From IMG/VR virus record IMGVR_UViG_3300028370_000001, positions 1 to 57,902 of that record: a stretch of DNA of 57,902 nt. One strand, written 5' to 3'. A program made the translations under genes and the position numbers. A model generated the notes under the pieces. It saw only the letters and a list, made by a program, of their open reading frames with translations. It was not told where the DNA came from and ran no database searches. Positions within the stretch are counted from its first letter, which is position 1, and every line of letters starts with the position of its first letter. Origin of the DNA: a virus. Its lineage: Duplodnaviria; Caudoviricetes. Of the stretch, positions 54,020-57,902 are shown in pieces.

Positions 54020-54831
54020 TTTATAGTTCCAAACATTGTTTGCCCGATAAGCATTGAGTCCTGTGCCGAAGTAAGGTCGTCAAGGAAACCTACGTTGGTT
54101 CCTTCTCCGTAAGCAGCTCGGTTAGCCGCTGTAAAGTTCAACCAGTTCTGCTCTGCATAGTTAGACAAAAGAGGAGTGATGGTGGACTCAAAGGTGTTAA
54201 GGTCTTCACCGTTGTTGTTAAAGGTTCGATACATGTCACTTGGACCAGGATTGTTAGCTGTGCCTGTGACAGCTTGGAACTGGTTACGTGCTTGTACTAC
54301 ACTCGTAACTGTATCACCCCACTGACCGTTCTTAACTCTGTTTAAGATAACGGACATGACAGCAGCTTGCTCATTAGGGTTACTAGACGCCTCAGAGTAT
54401 GTAGTCCGAAGCAGTTGGTCCCACTCAACGTCTGACAGTGGACGACCAAGGTAATCCTCAGCGCCTGTACGTCCGCCAGCTCCACCAGGTCTACCTTGGC
54501 TCTCGTCCCAGCGTGTAGCAGGGCGACGACCACCAGAGTTAGTCTCAATAGGATTCACGTCCATAGCGCCTGTAGTGCTTTGCTCTCTGCTTGCTCTCTC
54601 AGCACGTAAAGCTTCAATCTCCCCAGCCCATGAGTTCACCCTCTCCGCAGGGTTGTACTGCGCTTCCTGTGCTTTACCTGCTCGTTGGAGCGCGCGACTA
54701 GTCTCGTCCTGTGACCTAGCAATTTGACGTTGAGCCAAACCACGACGCTCCTTAGAGGCAGACACGGTGTCTACTCTGTTGTAGTTAGAGTTTCTGCGTG
54801 CACGAAACTGTTTGATTGAGTTCTCGATCAT
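54016..54831 (-). CDS. Virion-associated SleB-like cell wall hydrolase
   Basis: YSEAS..AVMSVILNRV..VVQARNQFQAV. Confidence 0.75.
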   Translation of the reverse strand: MIENSIKQFRARRNSNYNRVDTVSASKERRGLAQRQIARSQDETSRALQRAGKAQEAQYNPAERVNSWAGEIEALRAERASREQSTTGAMDVNPIETNSGGRRPATRWDESQGRPGGAGGRTGAEDYLGRPLSDVEWDQLLRTTYSEASSNPNEQAAVMSVILNRVKNGQWGDTVTSVVQARNQFQAVTGTANNPGPSDMYRTFNNNGEDLNTFESTITPLLSNYAEQNWLNFTAANRAAYGEGTNVGFLDDLTSAQDSMLIGQTMFGTIK

Positions 54832-54841
54832 CTTCTATTCC

Positions 54842-56122
54842 TTATCCAAATAGGAGTCTGCTTGCGATGCTACCTAAGAAAGCACTGGTCTGTCTATCAT
54901 CCGCCATCTCCTCTTGTAGTTTTAGAGCCTCTAGCTGACCTTTATCACCTAGTTTTGCAAGCATGATAGAGTTAGCACGGTCCAGCTGACTTTCAGAACC
55001 TTTGAAAGCAAAGTCCATCAGGTCTCGTTCCCTCTGCCAAATCTGATCAAGAGCTGCACCAGTGATAGCGTTGGTGTTCTTTGTATACTCTAGGTTAGAA
55101 ATGTTCTGAGCAGCAGTACTGGCAGTAGCTACTGTTTGACGCCACTGAGCATTAGACTGAGAAATGACAAGAGAGTTCTGAGCATTAAACTGATCTCTCT
55201 GAGCTGTAATTGTTGTGTTAAACTTCTCCATTGCGTTAGTTTCCCCAGAGTTAAACTGCATAATAGCATTTACCTGAGCAGCATTGAACTGTGAAGCAGA
55301 GGCTTGGAGGTTAGAGAAGAACTGATCTGTTTGATTCTTGCTTGTAGCATTAAACTGAAGGGAAGCATTGGTTGCAGCTTGGTCAGTAAACAAGGAAGCA
55401 AGTCTCTGTTGAGTTTTAAAGATAGTAGTCTGTTGTTCGTTGTTTAGGTTTTGCATCTCAAACTGTGCAGTAGTGTTTGCATCTTGAGAAGCTATACCAA
55501 TGGCTGACTCCATAGCGGCCTGTACGACAGCAGCACCAGCAATACTGGAGGCCCCCATGCCACGAGACTGCATGACACCCATAGCTTGCCGCATTGCCCC
55601 TGAGGCCCACACAGGAGTCTCTCCACCTTCAAAGTCCTGCATTAGTTTAGTGAGCTGACCTTGGACTGTAGCTTTGGCAGAGGGTTCAGCAGTAGCAGCC
55701 TCAACACTATCAATGATGCCTTCTGCCTCAGCGGAAGCAAGAGCAGCTTCCATCGTATTAGTGACAAGAGGTTCAGGTACTTCAGCAGATTTAATATCAA
55801 CAGGAGCTACTGTTTCTGTAGCAGCAACAGGTGCAACCGGAGCTTGACCAATAGCCGTGTCTATAAGTTGACCAGGGGTAATAGCTGTAGTTGCCACAGG
55901 GGTTTGTGCAGCAAGAGTACCTGGGGCGGTATTAGCTTTAACAACCATACCTTGTTGAGCTTGTTGAACCTCCTCCCGTACTACAGCGTTAGCAGCAGTT
56001 TCTTCCTGCTCAGCAGTTTGCAGGTCAATAATCAACTGGTCAACCTGCGGCTGTAGCGACGGGTTAGTCACAAGCTGTGGTGTTAGGGAGTTAAGTTGGG
56101 CCTGAATAGTTGCGACTGACAT
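54842..56122 (-). CDS. Internal virion protein (Gln/Asn/Ala-rich)
   Basis: QFNA repeats, helical composition, position. Confidence 0.6.
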   Translation of the reverse strand: MSVATIQAQLNSLTPQLVTNPSLQPQVDQLIIDLQTAEQEETAANAVVREEVQQAQQGMVVKANTAPGTLAAQTPVATTAITPGQLIDTAIGQAPVAPVAATETVAPVDIKSAEVPEPLVTNTMEAALASAEAEGIIDSVEAATAEPSAKATVQGQLTKLMQDFEGGETPVWASGAMRQAMGVMQSRGMGASSIAGAAVVQAAMESAIGIASQDANTTAQFEMQNLNNEQQTTIFKTQQRLASLFTDQAATNASLQFNATSKNQTDQFFSNLQASASQFNAAQVNAIMQFNSGETNAMEKFNTTITAQRDQFNAQNSLVISQSNAQWRQTVATASTAAQNISNLEYTKNTNAITGAALDQIWQRERDLMDFAFKGSESQLDRANSIMLAKLGDKGQLEALKLQEEMADDRQTSAFLGSIASRLLFG

Positions 56123-56190
56123 TAGCTGTAACCTCTTTGTGACTTAGTATAGTCCATTGTTGCTTTCTTTACAAGAGCTATTAACTAACA

Positions 56191-57902
56191 TTAGCGTACC
56201 ACCTGTACAAAAATGTTCTCTGGGTTTACTGCTGCTCCGGTGTCAGAATTCCTAACGGCAATAACGAATTGAGTAGTTGATATAATTGTTGTACCAAATA
56301 CCGGGAGACCTGTACTTGCGCTGGACGAAACGTTAACCGAATAATTTGCATCAGGCATGGCGGTTGCCATCGTGAATGTAAAGTTACCAATTGCACTTCG
56401 GGATATAGCTAGGTTACCAAACGCTCTTGCTGTGCCATCAACACCGTTAAAGTTACCCCATGCTCTGACACCGTAAACTGGGGCTGAACCTAAAGCTACA
56501 AAAGACGAGCCGTTTATAGAATCAACATTTAACGAGGTAATACTGGCACCAACAAATGACCGACGGTTTACACTCCGAGCGCCTTCGCTTTCGTAGCGCC
56601 CCAACGTCCATGCGGGGTTAAACCCAATGGAGTGTGGAACCATGCGGTTGTTTACACAGTTGTTAAATATGTGATCCGACTGGTAACTGATCGCAACACC
56701 CGCTGTTGTCATTTGCCCTGTATCGCAATTTGTAACCGAAAGCTGCCCTCCTGTTAACTGACGAATGAACGGGTCAGAACGGGTACCTGTAGTAGGCCAT
56801 AGAAACGTTGCCGCGTTAATAGTGAGTTGCCCAGCACCGACAGTAGCAAACGATCCTGTAACTAATTCACTTTGTAGTCTACCTCCGTTAAGACGCAAGA
56901 CTCCATTCAAGAACAAAATCGCGTCTGGTGTACTGGATCGAATATCAGCACCATACATTGTATGATCGCCCCCAGCTACCAGAATAGTTGGCTGGCTTTC
57001 TCCCTCTATCTTGCTGGAATAAAACCCGAGTATCGTCGATTTCCCGCCGCGCAATTCCAGATACGATCCCGGTGCATCCATCGACGCTAGTGCTACTTGG
57101 TATGTAATGTCAGTGGAAGGTATATTATTGCGAGCAGTTACAGCCGTCAGAACGGAGTTAGCCCCCAATGCTCCAGACACTGATCCTGTGATAGTGTCAG
57201 TTGTATTGAATGTACCTGTAGTACCTCTTAGGCGAAGAACCGTTCTTGGCCCCGCTATCACGTCCACTAAGACACCTGTTGCGCCACTGGTTGCTTGGGT
57301 CAGGGTCTCACCCCGAGACAACCACCCTACGTCACCAGTGCATCTCAGTTCTAGTTGTTGTTCGCGTCCGAGAACCATACGAGTCTTGTGGTTCATGATT
57401 CCACTAGCGTTTAGCCCATCAACTTTTTCCCCACGGAAACCTACAGTGCGTCCATCTTCAAAAATAGAACGCAAATTAGGAAAACCAGTGATCTCAAACG
57501 ACCACGAGCGGTTGCCTCTAACCGTTACAAAGTCAAACGCCCCGTCGATAAATAGGCTTTCTCCAAAACAACACAGTTCGTTGTCTTCAAAGACTGTGCC
57601 GCCTGGATTAGAAATCCTAGAGGAGTCCCGCGCGTCGATACCATTGATTGCCCCAACAATTCGCAGTTGTCTAAGGGTGCCTCGCGCGTTGTCTCCGTAT
57701 TGTAGCGCCCACGGATAGCGGATTAGATCATCGCGACTGTCCGGGGAAGAAGGTTGGTCCATGTAAATAGTAAAGCCACCGAGGGTAGCGCCCGGTTCCG
57801 CAGGTTGTGTGTAAATGCAGTGATCGGTTGACATGTCAAAGTTGGACAGGATTGCAAAACCGCAATTTCGACGCTGCCCTGCCAAGGGCACAATCTGCAC
57901 GC
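56191..57902 (-). CDS. Tail fiber/tailspike, C-terminal part (beta-helix-like plus C-terminal domain)
   Basis: Continues from ATG 1280; VRAWGNFNG..AMPDANYSV C-terminal domain. Confidence 0.8.
   Translation of the reverse strand, partial: VQIVPLAGQRRNCGFAILSNFDMSTDHCIYTQPAEPGATLGGFTIYMDQPSSPDSRDDLIRYPWALQYGDNARGTLRQLRIVGAINGIDARDSSRISNPGGTVFEDNELCCFGESLFIDGAFDFVTVRGNRSWSFEITGFPNLRSIFEDGRTVGFRGEKVDGLNASGIMNHKTRMVLGREQQLELRCTGDVGWLSRGETLTQATSGATGVLVDVIAGPRTVLRLRGTTGTFNTTDTITGSVSGALGANSVLTAVTARNNIPSTDITYQVALASMDAPGSYLELRGGKSTILGFYSSKIEGESQPTILVAGGDHTMYGADIRSSTPDAILFLNGVLRLNGGRLQSELVTGSFATVGAGQLTINAATFLWPTTGTRSDPFIRQLTGGQLSVTNCDTGQMTTAGVAISYQSDHIFNNCVNNRMVPHSIGFNPAWTLGRYESEGARSVNRRSFVGASITSLNVDSINGSSFVALGSAPVYGVRAWGNFNGVDGTARAFGNLAISRSAIGNFTFTMATAMPDANYSVNVSSSASTGLPVFGTTIISTTQFVIAVRNSDTGAAVNPENIFVQVVR
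57776..57902. repeat. Terminal overlap, copy 2
   Basis: Identical to 1-127. Confidence 0.95.

Overview
The window is an apparently complete, circularly assembled ~57.8 kb podovirus-like phage genome. Positions 1-127 equal 57776-57902, an assembler overlap that splits the tail-spike gene. The layout resembles HMO-2011-type/Zobellviridae-like phages of Alphaproteobacteria (probably Rhodobacteraceae; inference). The minus arm holds lysis, terminase, portal, scaffold, capsid, tail and internal virion genes. The plus arm holds an ATP-grasp/amidoligase/GATase cluster, tyrosine integrase, primase-helicase, family A DNA polymerase, RNA ligase, SSB, nucleases, class II RNR, ThyX and PhoH. No RNA polymerase is encoded and sigma70-like promoters are frequent. 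Mobile elements: a class 3 intein in the helicase P-loop, an ORF-less group I intron in polymerase motif B, and six free-standing HNH/EndoVII genes, several leaving recoded duplicates of the neighbouring gene end. Main unexplained signals: (1) a non-coding control region packed with helically phased host transcription-factor boxes (LexA x4, CtrA x2, Zur, IHF, PhoB, LysR-type); (2) a four-copy RNA internal-loop motif in the scaffold and capsid leaders; (3) three AT-rich repeat elements fed by leftward promoters; (4) a GGQ-less mini release-factor domain. All calls come from reading the sequence; no searches were run.
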